This document shows positions 9,516 through 19,214 of a stretch of 64,000 nt of DNA, piece after piece. This DNA comes from Ostreococcus lucimarinus (taxonomy: Eukaryota). Positions within the stretch are counted from its first letter, which is position 1. Each line of letters opens with the position of its first letter. A program made the translations under genes and the position numbers. The notes under the pieces are model-generated. The model saw only the letters and a list, made by a program, of their open reading frames with translations. It was not told where the DNA came from and did no database searches. The DNA lies in NCBI GenBank assembly GCA_000092065.1, contig CP000583.1. One strand, written 5' to 3'.

Positions 9516-12500
9516 CTAAATCGTTTCACCCGTGGCCTTCTCGTATTGCGTCTTGAGAGCGACGACGAGACGCCAATCATCCTTCGTCAATTCTTCACGG
9601 AAGCTTTCCTTCAACATGTCGATCGACTCGCGCGTCATTCTCGATACGAGCTGATCTTTATGATCAAAATGGCGACCGTAAAGTCGCGAAGATTCACTGG
9701 GCGTTCTCGGTTCGATCTTCATCGCCACAGATTGACCGGCAGTTGCCTTCTTCACCTCCTTGTGGTTGAGTTCCATCGAAGCAATCTTACCAATGTCGAT
9801 GTAACCTTGCGATGGGATGCAAATTTGCGTCCCCACGCGAGCGACCCCCTTGACAATGTCAACACCAACGACGATGGGATCGCGCTTGTTGAACACGCAG
9901 TTGGGCATGATTTGCAAGATGCAAGGGAAGTTGACGTGCTGCGACGCGGCTTCACGCTTGTCTGCCTTGACCTTTTCCATGTACGCCGTGAATTGATCAA
10001 ACAAGTGGTAGATGATGTCGGCGGTGAAGATGCGAACGTTGAGCTCTTCGCCCATTGCGTGCGCCTCCTTCGTCACCGGCACGTCAAAAGCCAGAATAGT
10101 AGCATACTCGGGCTTTTTGCGCTCGTGCATGACGCTCGCACCCATGACGTCCCGTTTGTTTACCGGGCCAATGGCGATGCCGGCGACGGGAATTTTGACC
10201 GCGTCAGATTTCAAGAACTCCAACAAGGCTTCCAAAGAACCGAGCGTAGACGCCTGCACGTACACGCCTTCGCCACTCTTATCAACACGAGCAAGCACGC
10301 CCTTCATATCACTTAAAACCTCTTCCCTGAGTTCCATTTCGTCGTCTTCAGGATCGAGCACCAAAAGAGACGTACCTGCGACAGCTTTCTCTAATCCAGT
10401 GGCGACGATCTTGATCCCTTGAGCGCCTTCGATTTCCTTGTGATGAATGTAGCTTCCCTTCACCCGCATCTCTCGCATGGGCTGCGGTGTAAGTAATGCA
10501 CGAATTTGAGTCGTAATCGCCCCCTCTAACCCAGCAACGACGATTGTCTGTCCTTCCTTGAGCTTACCGTTGATGAGAATGACGTCAACGCTCGTACCGA
10601 GACCTTCGATCATCTTCACTTCAAGCACGGTACACTGTACGGCAGGCACGTATTGAATGCGCTCGTTCATGCGATTTTGGCACAAGTCAACAAGCGTTTG
10701 CAAAATGTCCGGCATCCCCTCACCCGTAATAGCAGAGGTTGGGATGATGTTGATGAAAGTACGTGGGTCCGGGTTCTCCCAGTACTTCGCCACGTTCAAA
10801 CCTTGCTCAGCAAACTCGATGACGATCTTGTCGTAACGATCTTGGAACTCGCGTCGAGCGTGATCCTTTTGTAAGGACAAAGTCTCCTGTGTTGGGAAGT
10901 TGGTATTTTCCGTCCAGTCGTACATGCGATCGATTTTGTTGAGCGCAATCACAAAAGGCGTCTTTCGCGATCGAAGCATGTTCAACGATTCTATCGTTTG
11001 CGGCTCTAAGCCGTGCATGATATCAACGACGAGAATGGCGAGATCACAAAGTGACGAACCTCTCGAACGCAAGTTTGTGAAAGACTCGTGTCCTGGGGTA
11101 TCGATAACGAGCAAACCGGGAACTCGCAAGTCCCATTCACCCTTGTTTAGCTGCGCCGTTCGCTCGAGGAGAGACTCCTTGGGAATAAAAGTCGCACCAA
11201 TTTGCTGCGTAATACCGCCAGCTTCTCCGTCTTGGACGTTGGTTCGTCGAATGTTATCCAATATCTTCGTCTTACCGGTATCAACGTGCCCCATGATGCA
11301 TATAATTGGGCAACGAAGCTTGCTTGGACTGCGCTTTGCCTTGGCCAACTCGAAGCGTGCCAAACGCGCAATCTTTGCCGCCTCCATGCGCTCTTCGTGT
11401 TCACGTTGACGGACGTCATCGCTATCCTCGCGGTAATCCGAGCTATCGGAGTACTCAGAGCTGTCGCTGTCGGAATCAGAGTCAGAATCAGAGCCAGAAT
11501 CAGAGCCAGATCCTTCGTCAGATTCTTCGTCAGAGCCCGAAGCGTCAGCAGCTTCCTTGGCTGCGGCGGCCTTTTCCTTGGCTTCCTTGGCCCACGGCTT
11601 TTCAGCCGCAATCTTCGCCTTGATCGCCTTCTCCGCCGCGAATTTGGCCGCAGCCTCAGCCGCTTTCTTCTCCGTCTCGTGACGTTTCTGCTCGGCGGCC
11701 TCTTTCTCCGCCTTTTCCTTAGCCAAGCGCTCCTCCTCTTCTTTCTGACCCGGAAGGATAATCTCCTTGTCGTCCCAGTCTTCCGCTTCCCAGTCATCGG
11801 CAGCGTCGTCATCTTCAGCTTCGGCGGCGAGTCGGGCTTCTTCTTCAGCTTTAGCCTTCGCTTCAGCCTCAGCACGCTCTTGTTGTTGCTTTCGACGCTC
11901 TTCCATCTCTTTCTTCTTTTTGCGATCGTCGTAAACCGGACGTTTCGGCTTGATAACTTCGTCGAGTTTATCTGCGTCAATCCCAGACTTGGCTAACATT
12001 TGCTGGCGCATCGCGGCTAAACGCGCTTGTTCCGCCTTTTGCTTGTTGCTGAGAAGTTTGCCTTCGGCACGGAGGCGCTCCTTCTTCTCCTTCTCTTTTT
12101 GTTTCTTTGCCTCGCGACGCGCTTCCTCCTCTTCTTCTTTTTGTTTCTCAAGACGTTCAGCCTCCTCCGCCGCGGCTCTTGCCTCGGCTTCAGCTTTGGC
12201 TTGAGCCTCTTCCACCTCCTTACGCTTTTGCATTTCTGCTTGAAGGGCGAGAATTCTCGCACTTGGCGCGCCGGCAGACTTTTGCTTCTTCTCCGCCTCT
12301 GCCGCCGCCTTGGCCTTGGCTTCCTTTTCTTTTTGCTTCTTCTTGAGCTTCTTCTTTTGCGACGCCGAAAGCTCTTTGCCATCTTCAAGCGCATCGCCGT
12401 CATCATCATCATCATGATTATTGCCATCGGTAGCAGGCGCCGCATCGGCGGCATCACCGCCAGCTGCGGCTTCCGCGGCTTCGCGCTCGGCTTTCAATCG

Positions 12501-13778
12501 GCGCTTCTTTGCCGCTTTACTCTCGCCAGCCGGCTCTTCTGGCTTGGCCTCGATTTTGATGTCAAGCTCGGCCAAAAGAGCGTCGAGGTCTTCCTCGTCG
12601 TCGGCCGCTTGCTTACCACCTTTTTTCTTTTTCTTCTTGTCCTTCTTCGAGCCACCAGTTTCGTTGGCGACGAGTTCGGGTTCGGGTTCGGGTTCGGGTT
12701 CGGGCGTCTTTTCCTTCTTCGTCGTCCCGGGCGCTTTCAAAGGCACATCATCGCCGATGGAAAAAGCAGACTTATCGAGCTCGTACACGCCATCCGCGCT
12801 ATCGGCCCAACCCATCTCCACCGCGCTGAGAATCATACCTTCACTCATGACGCCGCGCAACGGCGTCTTGTCGATGACTTGGCCGCTGGCGGGGATTTTC
12901 ACGCCGACGCCTGCAAAAATCACCAACAAACCTTTTCTGGCGTTGGCACCACCGCACACGCACCGTTTCGGTTCGTCGCCGCCGAAATCGACGGTGCAAA
13001 CTTGCAGACGATCCGCCATCGGGTGCTTGCTGCATTCGATGATCTTACCCACGACGAGTTCGGGTTCGGCGACGAGCTTTTTCTTTTTCTTCTTTTTGAG
13101 ATCAATCGCGACTTCCACCGCCGCGGCTTCCTCGTCGGCATCCATGAGATCGGCAAAGCTTCCCTTCTTCTTCTTCTTTTTGTCTTTCGTGTCCGCGGTG
13201 CGAGACTCCGAGGCTTCTTCGTCGTCCTCCGCGTCCTCGTCTTCGTCGTCCGCCATCAAAGCCGCGAAGCCGCCCTTTTTGGATTTCTTCTTTTTATCCT
13301 TCTTCGGCTTGACATCCGCCTCCATCTCCTCTTCCTCGTCGTCATCATCGCCACCACCCATCAACGGATCGTTCACGTCGTCGTCCGACCCCATCAACGC
13401 CGCGAAACCACCTTTTTTGGATTTCTTCTTCTCCTTCTTCGGCTTCGTCGCCGCCGCCGCCGCGCGCACCTCCTCCTCCGACGCGTCGTCCGCGTCATCC
13501 GCGTCGTCATCCGACCCCATCAACGCCGCGAAACCTCCCTTTTTAGACGTTTTCTTCCCCTTCCTCGGTTTCACCGCGCGCGTCTCCCCCTCGTCCGCCT
13601 CCTCTTCGTCCGCCTTCTTCGCCGCCGCCGCCAGAGGGTCCAAATCCTCGTCCGAGTCCTCCCCTCGTCCTCTCCCGCCCCGCCCGCCCTTGCCCTTCGC
13701 CGCCTTTCGCGCCTTTTTCATCTCCGTCTTCGACATCGCTCTCGCGCCGTCGTCCGCGTCTTTCGCGCCGTCGTCGCG

Positions 13779-13816
<38 letters not shown>

Positions 13817-13898
13817 CCGAGGGATCGACCCCGTCGTCGTCGTCGCTCGAATCGTCCCCTCGCTTGCCCTTGCGCCCGGCTCGCTTGCCCTTCGCCAT
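9516..13898 (-). CDS. Eukaryotic translation initiation factor 5B (eIF5B) with a Myf/EMAP-II-type tRNA-binding domain embedded in its charged N-terminal region
   Basis: The C-terminal GTPase region has GHVDTGKT, DTPGH and NKID. The long K/E/D-rich N-terminal region is typical of eIF5B (start MAKGKRAGRKGKRGDD, ATG 13898). The same ORF contains an OB-fold tRNA-binding domain (…VVGKIIECSKHPMADRLQVCTVDFGG…RGVMSEGMIL…) at about 12725-13075. The ORF-track extension to 14456 is an R/A-rich artefact. Confidence 0.85.
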
Positions 13899-14034
13899 CG
13901 CGCGGCGCGCGGGAACGTTCTCTCTCGCGCGCCGTCCGTCGTCGGCGCGCGCTCGCGCGTCGCGCGCGCGTCGCGGTGTGTCCATCGCGCCGTCGCATCT
14001 TTTAAACGTCGAGACATCGCGACGCGCGCGCGCG

Positions 14035-14496
14035 ATGCGCGCCGACGCGCGCGCGCTCGGCGGCGACGACGACGCGCGCGACGTCGCGCGCGACGTCGAC
14101 GACGGCGACGCGACGCGCGCGATGGCCGACGCCGACGCCGACGCCGACGACGCGCGCGAGGACGCGACGACGACGACGACGACGACGCCGCCGACGAACG
14201 AACGACGCGACGCGCGCGAGCGCGCCGGCGACGTCGCGCGCGCGTCGCTCGCGATCGCGCTGCTCGCGGTCGCCCTCGCGAGGCTGCGACGGTGGGCGAG
14301 GGGCGACGGCGACGCGCGCGGCGGCGCGCCGGGACGCGTCAGCAGGCGCTTCGCCGCGCGGCACAGGAAGTGTAATCGATGCGGCGCGCGCGGGTCGGCG
14401 GTCAAGGTGAAGTGCGAGCGGTGTAAAAGGTGCTGGTACTGCTCGCAGACGTGCAAGAAAGCGGCGTGGGCGCTGGAAATTTGCGAGTGTTGTTGA
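14035..14496 (+). CDS. Small MYND-type zinc-finger protein (about 153 aa), divergent from eIF5B
   Basis: The C-terminus CNRCGARGSAVKVKCERCKRCWYCSQTCKKAAWALEICEC fits the MYND Cys spacing, though the conserved His is not obvious. ATG at 14035. The upstream part of ORF 12421-14496 is antisense to eIF5B and low-complexity, so it is rejected. Confidence 0.4.
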   Translation: MRADARALGGDDDARDVARDVDDGDATRAMADADADADDAREDATTTTTTTPPTNERRDARERAGDVARASLAIALLAVALARLRRWARGDGDARGGAPGRVSRRFAARHRKCNRCGARGSAVKVKCERCKRCWYCSQTCKKAAWALEICECC

Positions 14497-15473
14497 CGCC
14501 GGCGCCGGCGGCGCGGCGTTTGAAATCGCGCGCGCGGCGTCGCGCGACGCGTGAACGATCGCGTGCTCGTGCATTGTAATCGTCGCGAACGCGAATGCGT
14601 CTAAATGCGTCGCGTTTCTGCGTTCACCGAGTGCGTTTCACGGCTCGACGCGTTCGCGTTCGCGTCGGCGCGCGCGTTCGCGGCGTCGCGAACCGACCCC
14701 CCCTCCGAGCGCCGCGGCGCGCCGCACATCGCCGCGTCGAGCCATGAGCGACAAGATCGTCGAGGCGCAGAAGGTGCGACGGACGACGCGCGCGCTTCGC
14801 GACGCGCGAAAACGGCGCGACGCGCCATCGCGACGTCGGATAAAGCGTCAACGATTCGATCGCGACGCGCTAGGGCTCGACCGCGAGCGACGACGCGCGC
14901 GCGGACGACGCGCGCGCGACGCGGACGACGACGCACCTCGAGGCGCGCTAGCGCTCGACCGAACGACTGACGAGACGCGCGCGCGGCGTCGCGGCGCCGC
15001 TCGACAGTTTTTTCAATCCCGAAAGGGATTCGTGCACCTGAAGCGAGGCGGCGTCGATCGCGTCACGAGCGTGTTGATACCCGTCGGCGCGGTGTGCGTC
15101 ATGAGCGCGATGCTCGCGAAAGGTGCGCGAAACGTCAAAGCGCGGCCCGTCGACGCGCGTCGACGGCGCGACGGAAGCGCTTCCGTCGGTGGTTTCGAAG
15201 ACGCGACGGATGGGCGAGCGGGACGGGACGGCGAGACTGACGACGACGGATCGACGCGCGATCGATCGCAGGCGTGATGGATCTCACCACGGGGCGAAAT
15301 AAGAAGGAAGGGTTCTGATCGCGATCGACGCGAACGATCGAGGGCGTCGAGCGACGCGTTGTAATTACAATCGACTAGCGTAACCGAACGGCGCGACGGA
15401 CGACGACACACCTCGACGCGACGCGACGTCGATGCCGTCCGACGTCGTCGCGCGCGCGTGAAGGCGCGCGGGG

Positions 15474-18191
15474 ATGTCGACGCGCGCGAAATCGATCGCC
15501 GCGGCGACGCTCGGCGTCGTTTTCGTCGCGCTGTGCGCTGTGCGCGCTGATGGATTCGCAATCGAGCCGCGGTGCGTCGACGACGCGCGACGCTACGACG
15601 ACGTCACGCGACGCGCGCTGACGACGCGGGCGACGTGCGCGGACATCGCGCGCGGCGCGGAGGCGCTCGAAGCGCTCGGAGCGTCGACGTGCGGTGCGGT
15701 GGGCGCGCGCGCGCGATTTCTGGCGGCGAAGCTCAACGCGGCGACGGGCGCGTGGGACGACGCGAAGCGCGCGCTCGCGGGCGACGAGACGAGCGAATTA
15801 TGGAAAACAATAGATGAGATGTCGCGCGCGGCGCGGGTGGGGTCGGAGGCGGGAAGACGAGGGGATTGGGTGAAGGCGTACGCGGCGGCGAACGCGGCGG
15901 TTGAGGCGAGCGCGTGCGCTTTGGATCCGAGGACGTTTCAAGCGCGCGCGCGCGCGGCGTTGAAGTTGGCGATGCACGGAAGGGCGTTCGTGGATGCGAA
16001 ACGCGCGCTCGCGCTGGGGGGGGGGAAGTCAGAGGCGTACGAGACGATGGCGACGGCGTTGAGCGAGTTGGCGGATTCCGCCGAGCGGTTAGCCGACGCC
16101 GAGACGCTGGCGCGGCGTTGTTTGCGGTACAGCCCGGACAACGTCGAGTGTTTGGTAGTTAGAAAAAATATTAGGCGAGCGCTGTTGGTTTGGCGCGAAG
16201 CGAGCGATGCGGAATCGCTCGGGGATTGGAGTTCGGCGATCGACGCTCTGAGGGAGCTGCGAAACGCGACGCGCGGCGGCGCGTTTGAGGCGTTGAAATT
16301 CGACGCGCTCGTCGCGTCGTGTCGCGTGAATGGTAAACGAGAACGCGCGCGTTGGGAGACCAGCACGACGAGAAAGAGGGTTCCCGCCAAACTCGTCGCG
16401 GATGCGATCGATCAGTGCACAGACGCGTTGTCCGAGCTCATGTCGCGCTGCGGCGAAAGTCGCGTCGACGACGTCCCGAATTCGTATTACGCTCGCGCGT
16501 GGATGCGCGCGCTGAGCGCGAACGTAGATGGTGCGATGGCCGACGTAGCGGGGATTGAACGTTCGGTAGATGTATCGTCCGACGATTGGAAGGCGAACGT
16601 TGAGGCGTTGCGAAAAGCCATCGAAGAGGCGCGCGAAGCAAACGCTCCAAAGGATTTATACGCGATTCTGGGATTGACGCGCGAAGATGCACAAGCGGAA
16701 GATTGGCTTCGTGTTTTGAAACGTGCGTACAGAAAGCTGGCACTACTATTACATCCCGATAAAAATCCGGCGGTCGATAAAGAGGAGGCGGAGGAGAAAT
16801 TCGATGAACTCGTCAAGGCGTACAAGATTCTGTCAAGCGAGACGCTTCGTCGCGAATACGACGAGACCGGCAAGGTGAACTTGGGCGTTGACGCGCAAGC
16901 GACGAACGACTGGTTCGACAGTCACGCCGATAGCCGTCGCACGAATGACGGTCAACCGCCAAACGATGGACTTAACGAGGATGATTACATCTTCCGGTTT
17001 GATAAGCGCGACGCCGGGGCGGATGGCCGAGCGGCTGGTCAGTACGTGCACAAAGAAACGGGCGAACGGGTATTCGGTGAACGCGACGTGCGCCCAGAAG
17101 AAGATCAACAGGACGACGTCTGTGCGAAGAAAAAAGGATACTGCATCGCCGGACGAGGCGGCGCCGAGGCTCCGTCGCGCGCCAAGCACGTTCCGGGGGT
17201 CGAATCGCTCGAGGTGAAAATCGTTACGCCGAATCTGCTCCCGGGAGATACCGTGGCGGCGAGGCTCGTTCGAAACATCTTTGGACTTCACAAGCTTGAG
17301 TTCATCTTTGCTTTTGACGTCGAGTTACCGAGCGAAGAAGTTCGCGACAAGACTTTTCAAGACGCAGCGAAAACGCGTTTGAGAAGACTCGTGCGTACCC
17401 TGCACGCGTCCCTCGTCGGCCGCGACGGGGCGTCGACGCTCACGAGCATGATTGAAGAGCACATCGTGAGTTCGTCGTCTTCAGAAGACGATTCGATCGT
17501 AGACTACGTGGCATCCGCGATGAGCGGTCGCGCACCACGCGTCGGATCGCCTCACGAGACGCGGGATCTTCTGGATCGCTTTGCGTCGCGCGCCACGCGC
17601 GAGATGAGACGGCTCGGCGCCTTGGGACTCAATTCCGACGATCGCACCGATAATTTCGTGCGCGTCGCGCGTGACTTGATGTTCAACCCCTTGGTATCGT
17701 CTCACTTGCTCTCATTCACCGCCGACGACGCCGAAGACGCCTCACAGGTTCGAAGTCTCGTCGCCCTCTGGCGCGACGACGTCCCCAGCCGCGTCCTCGT
17801 CGACGGCGACGTCCTCTCCTACGAAATCAAATTCGTCGATTCCGACAAGTCTCCCGACGCCGTGCGAGCGATGTGCGCCACCTTAGACTTCGAAACCACC
17901 GCGGGCGACCGCCTCAGCGCCTTCCCCGACGCCATCGATCAATTCGGCCTCGCCGCCGCCGTCGCCGCCGTCAATTTCCGCGACGTCCTCGCGCGAGACG
18001 CCGTAAACGGTTGGATCTCGCGTCGCATCCCCATCCCTTCCGGCCTCATCGGCGCGCGCGTTTCGTCCTGGTTCATCGTCGCCGCCCGCATCGACGCCGG
18101 TCGCGCGTCCACGCGCGTCCGCGAGGTCAAAATCATCAACGCCTTCGCGGACGCCGACGACTTCGCCATCCTCGAGCCGCGCGGACCCTGA
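15474..18191 (+). CDS. DNAJC3/p58IPK-like J-protein (signal peptide, TPR-like region, J domain) with about 450-aa C-terminal extension
   Basis: Signal peptide MSTRAKSIAAATLGVVFVALCAVRA is present. The J domain DLYAILGLTREDAQ…YRKLALLLHPDKN…KFDELVKAYKILS is present. TPR-like repeats precede it. ATG at 15474. Confidence 0.75.
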   Translation: MSTRAKSIAAATLGVVFVALCAVRADGFAIEPRCVDDARRYDDVTRRALTTRATCADIARGAEALEALGASTCGAVGARARFLAAKLNAATGAWDDAKRALAGDETSELWKTIDEMSRAARVGSEAGRRGDWVKAYAAANAAVEASACALDPRTFQARARAALKLAMHGRAFVDAKRALALGGGKSEAYETMATALSELADSAERLADAETLARRCLRYSPDNVECLVVRKNIRRALLVWREASDAESLGDWSSAIDALRELRNATRGGAFEALKFDALVASCRVNGKRERARWETSTTRKRVPAKLVADAIDQCTDALSELMSRCGESRVDDVPNSYYARAWMRALSANVDGAMADVAGIERSVDVSSDDWKANVEALRKAIEEAREANAPKDLYAILGLTREDAQAEDWLRVLKRAYRKLALLLHPDKNPAVDKEEAEEKFDELVKAYKILSSETLRREYDETGKVNLGVDAQATNDWFDSHADSRRTNDGQPPNDGLNEDDYIFRFDKRDAGADGRAAGQYVHKETGERVFGERDVRPEEDQQDDVCAKKKGYCIAGRGGAEAPSRAKHVPGVESLEVKIVTPNLLPGDTVAARLVRNIFGLHKLEFIFAFDVELPSEEVRDKTFQDAAKTRLRRLVRTLHASLVGRDGASTLTSMIEEHIVSSSSSEDDSIVDYVASAMSGRAPRVGSPHETRDLLDRFASRATREMRRLGALGLNSDDRTDNFVRVARDLMFNPLVSSHLLSFTADDAEDASQVRSLVALWRDDVPSRVLVDGDVLSYEIKFVDSDKSPDAVRAMCATLDFETTAGDRLSAFPDAIDQFGLAAAVAAVNFRDVLARDAVNGWISRRIPIPSGLIGARVSSWFIVAARIDAGRASTRVREVKIINAFADADDFAILEPRGP

Positions 18192-18273
18192 AACGTCATT
18201 CCAATTCATTCCGTTCGCCCATCGCGTCACTTCGCGTCGCGTCCGCGGTCGACCGGCGTCCCGATCGCGCGCG

Positions 18274-19095
18274 ATGCACGTCGCCCTCGCGAACCTCGCG
18301 CTGTGCCCGCGCGCGCGCGCGTCGTCCGTCGTCGCGCGCGACGTCGCGAGCGGTAGGTCAACTTTCGCGGGCGTCCCCGTCGTCGTCGCGCGCGCCGCGC
18401 GCGCGCCGAGCGCCCCGCGCGCGCGCGGGATGACGCCCGTCACCGCGCGGTTCGGCGGACGCGGCGGACGCGGCGGCGGCGGACGCTCGTTCGGTGGACG
18501 TGGACGCGGCGGGGGCGGGCGCGGGCGAGGCGGACGCGGACGAGGTCGCGGACGACCGCAGATGGACCGAGGACCGATGCGAAACGAAGACATCGAGTTC
18601 GATGAATTGCGGGTGCTGGACGAGGATAAAGAGATGCTCGGGGTGATGTCCACGGACGAGGCGCTGGAACTCGCGGCGGAGAAGGAATTGGATTTGGTGG
18701 TCATGAGCCCGGACGCGGAGCCGCCGTTGGCGCGAATCATGAATTACTCAAAGTACAAGTACGAAAAGGAAAAGAAGGATCGGGAGGCGAGGAAGAAGGC
18801 GGCGGCGGTGCGCGTGGACATCAAAGAATTGAAAATGAGGTACAACATCGATACGCACGATTACGGGGTGCGACTGAGGGCGGCGCAAAAGTTTTTGGAG
18901 GGCGGGGACAAGGTTAAGGTGATTTGTCAGTTTCGCGGGCGCGAGAACGACTTCCGGGAGATTGGGCGGGAGATGTTCGCTCGATTCGTAGAGGACGTTG
19001 GCGAGGTGGGCTCGCTCGAGAGCAAGCCTAGCATGGAAGGGAACTCGATGACGATGTTACTCGCACCCACGGTCGCCAAGGGCGACAGCAAGTAA
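18274..19095 (+). CDS. Bacterial-type translation initiation factor IF-3 (organellar), with presequence and RGG-rich linker
   Basis: IF3 N- and C-domains are present (…NEDIEFDELRVLDEDKEMLGVMST…LDLVVMSPDAEPPLARIMNYSKYKYE…VKVICQFRGRE…). GGRGGRGG repeats lie upstream. ATG at 18274. Confidence 0.8.
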   Translation: MHVALANLALCPRARASSVVARDVASGRSTFAGVPVVVARAARAPSAPRARGMTPVTARFGGRGGRGGGGRSFGGRGRGGGGRGRGGRGRGRGRPQMDRGPMRNEDIEFDELRVLDEDKEMLGVMSTDEALELAAEKELDLVVMSPDAEPPLARIMNYSKYKYEKEKKDREARKKAAAVRVDIKELKMRYNIDTHDYGVRLRAAQKFLEGGDKVKVICQFRGRENDFREIGREMFARFVEDVGEVGSLESKPSMEGNSMTMLLAPTVAKGDSK

Positions 19096-19214
19096 CGAGT
19101 CGCGCGCGCGTTTGGATATCGTAATTTTTAAGACACCACACAAAAGAAATTATTGTTTTTTTATTCAACGATGAATCCCGAATGGGTCGCGCTAAAATGT
19201 ACACTTTCATTCGT

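Noticed and set aside
12421-13990. Long plus-strand ORF (691 aa) antisense to eIF5B, Ser/Ala/Phe-rich
   Set aside because: It has low-complexity translation with no domain and lies fully antisense to a well-supported gene. It is a typical artefact of high-GC sequence with few stop codons. Only its last 153 codons (MYND finger) look real.
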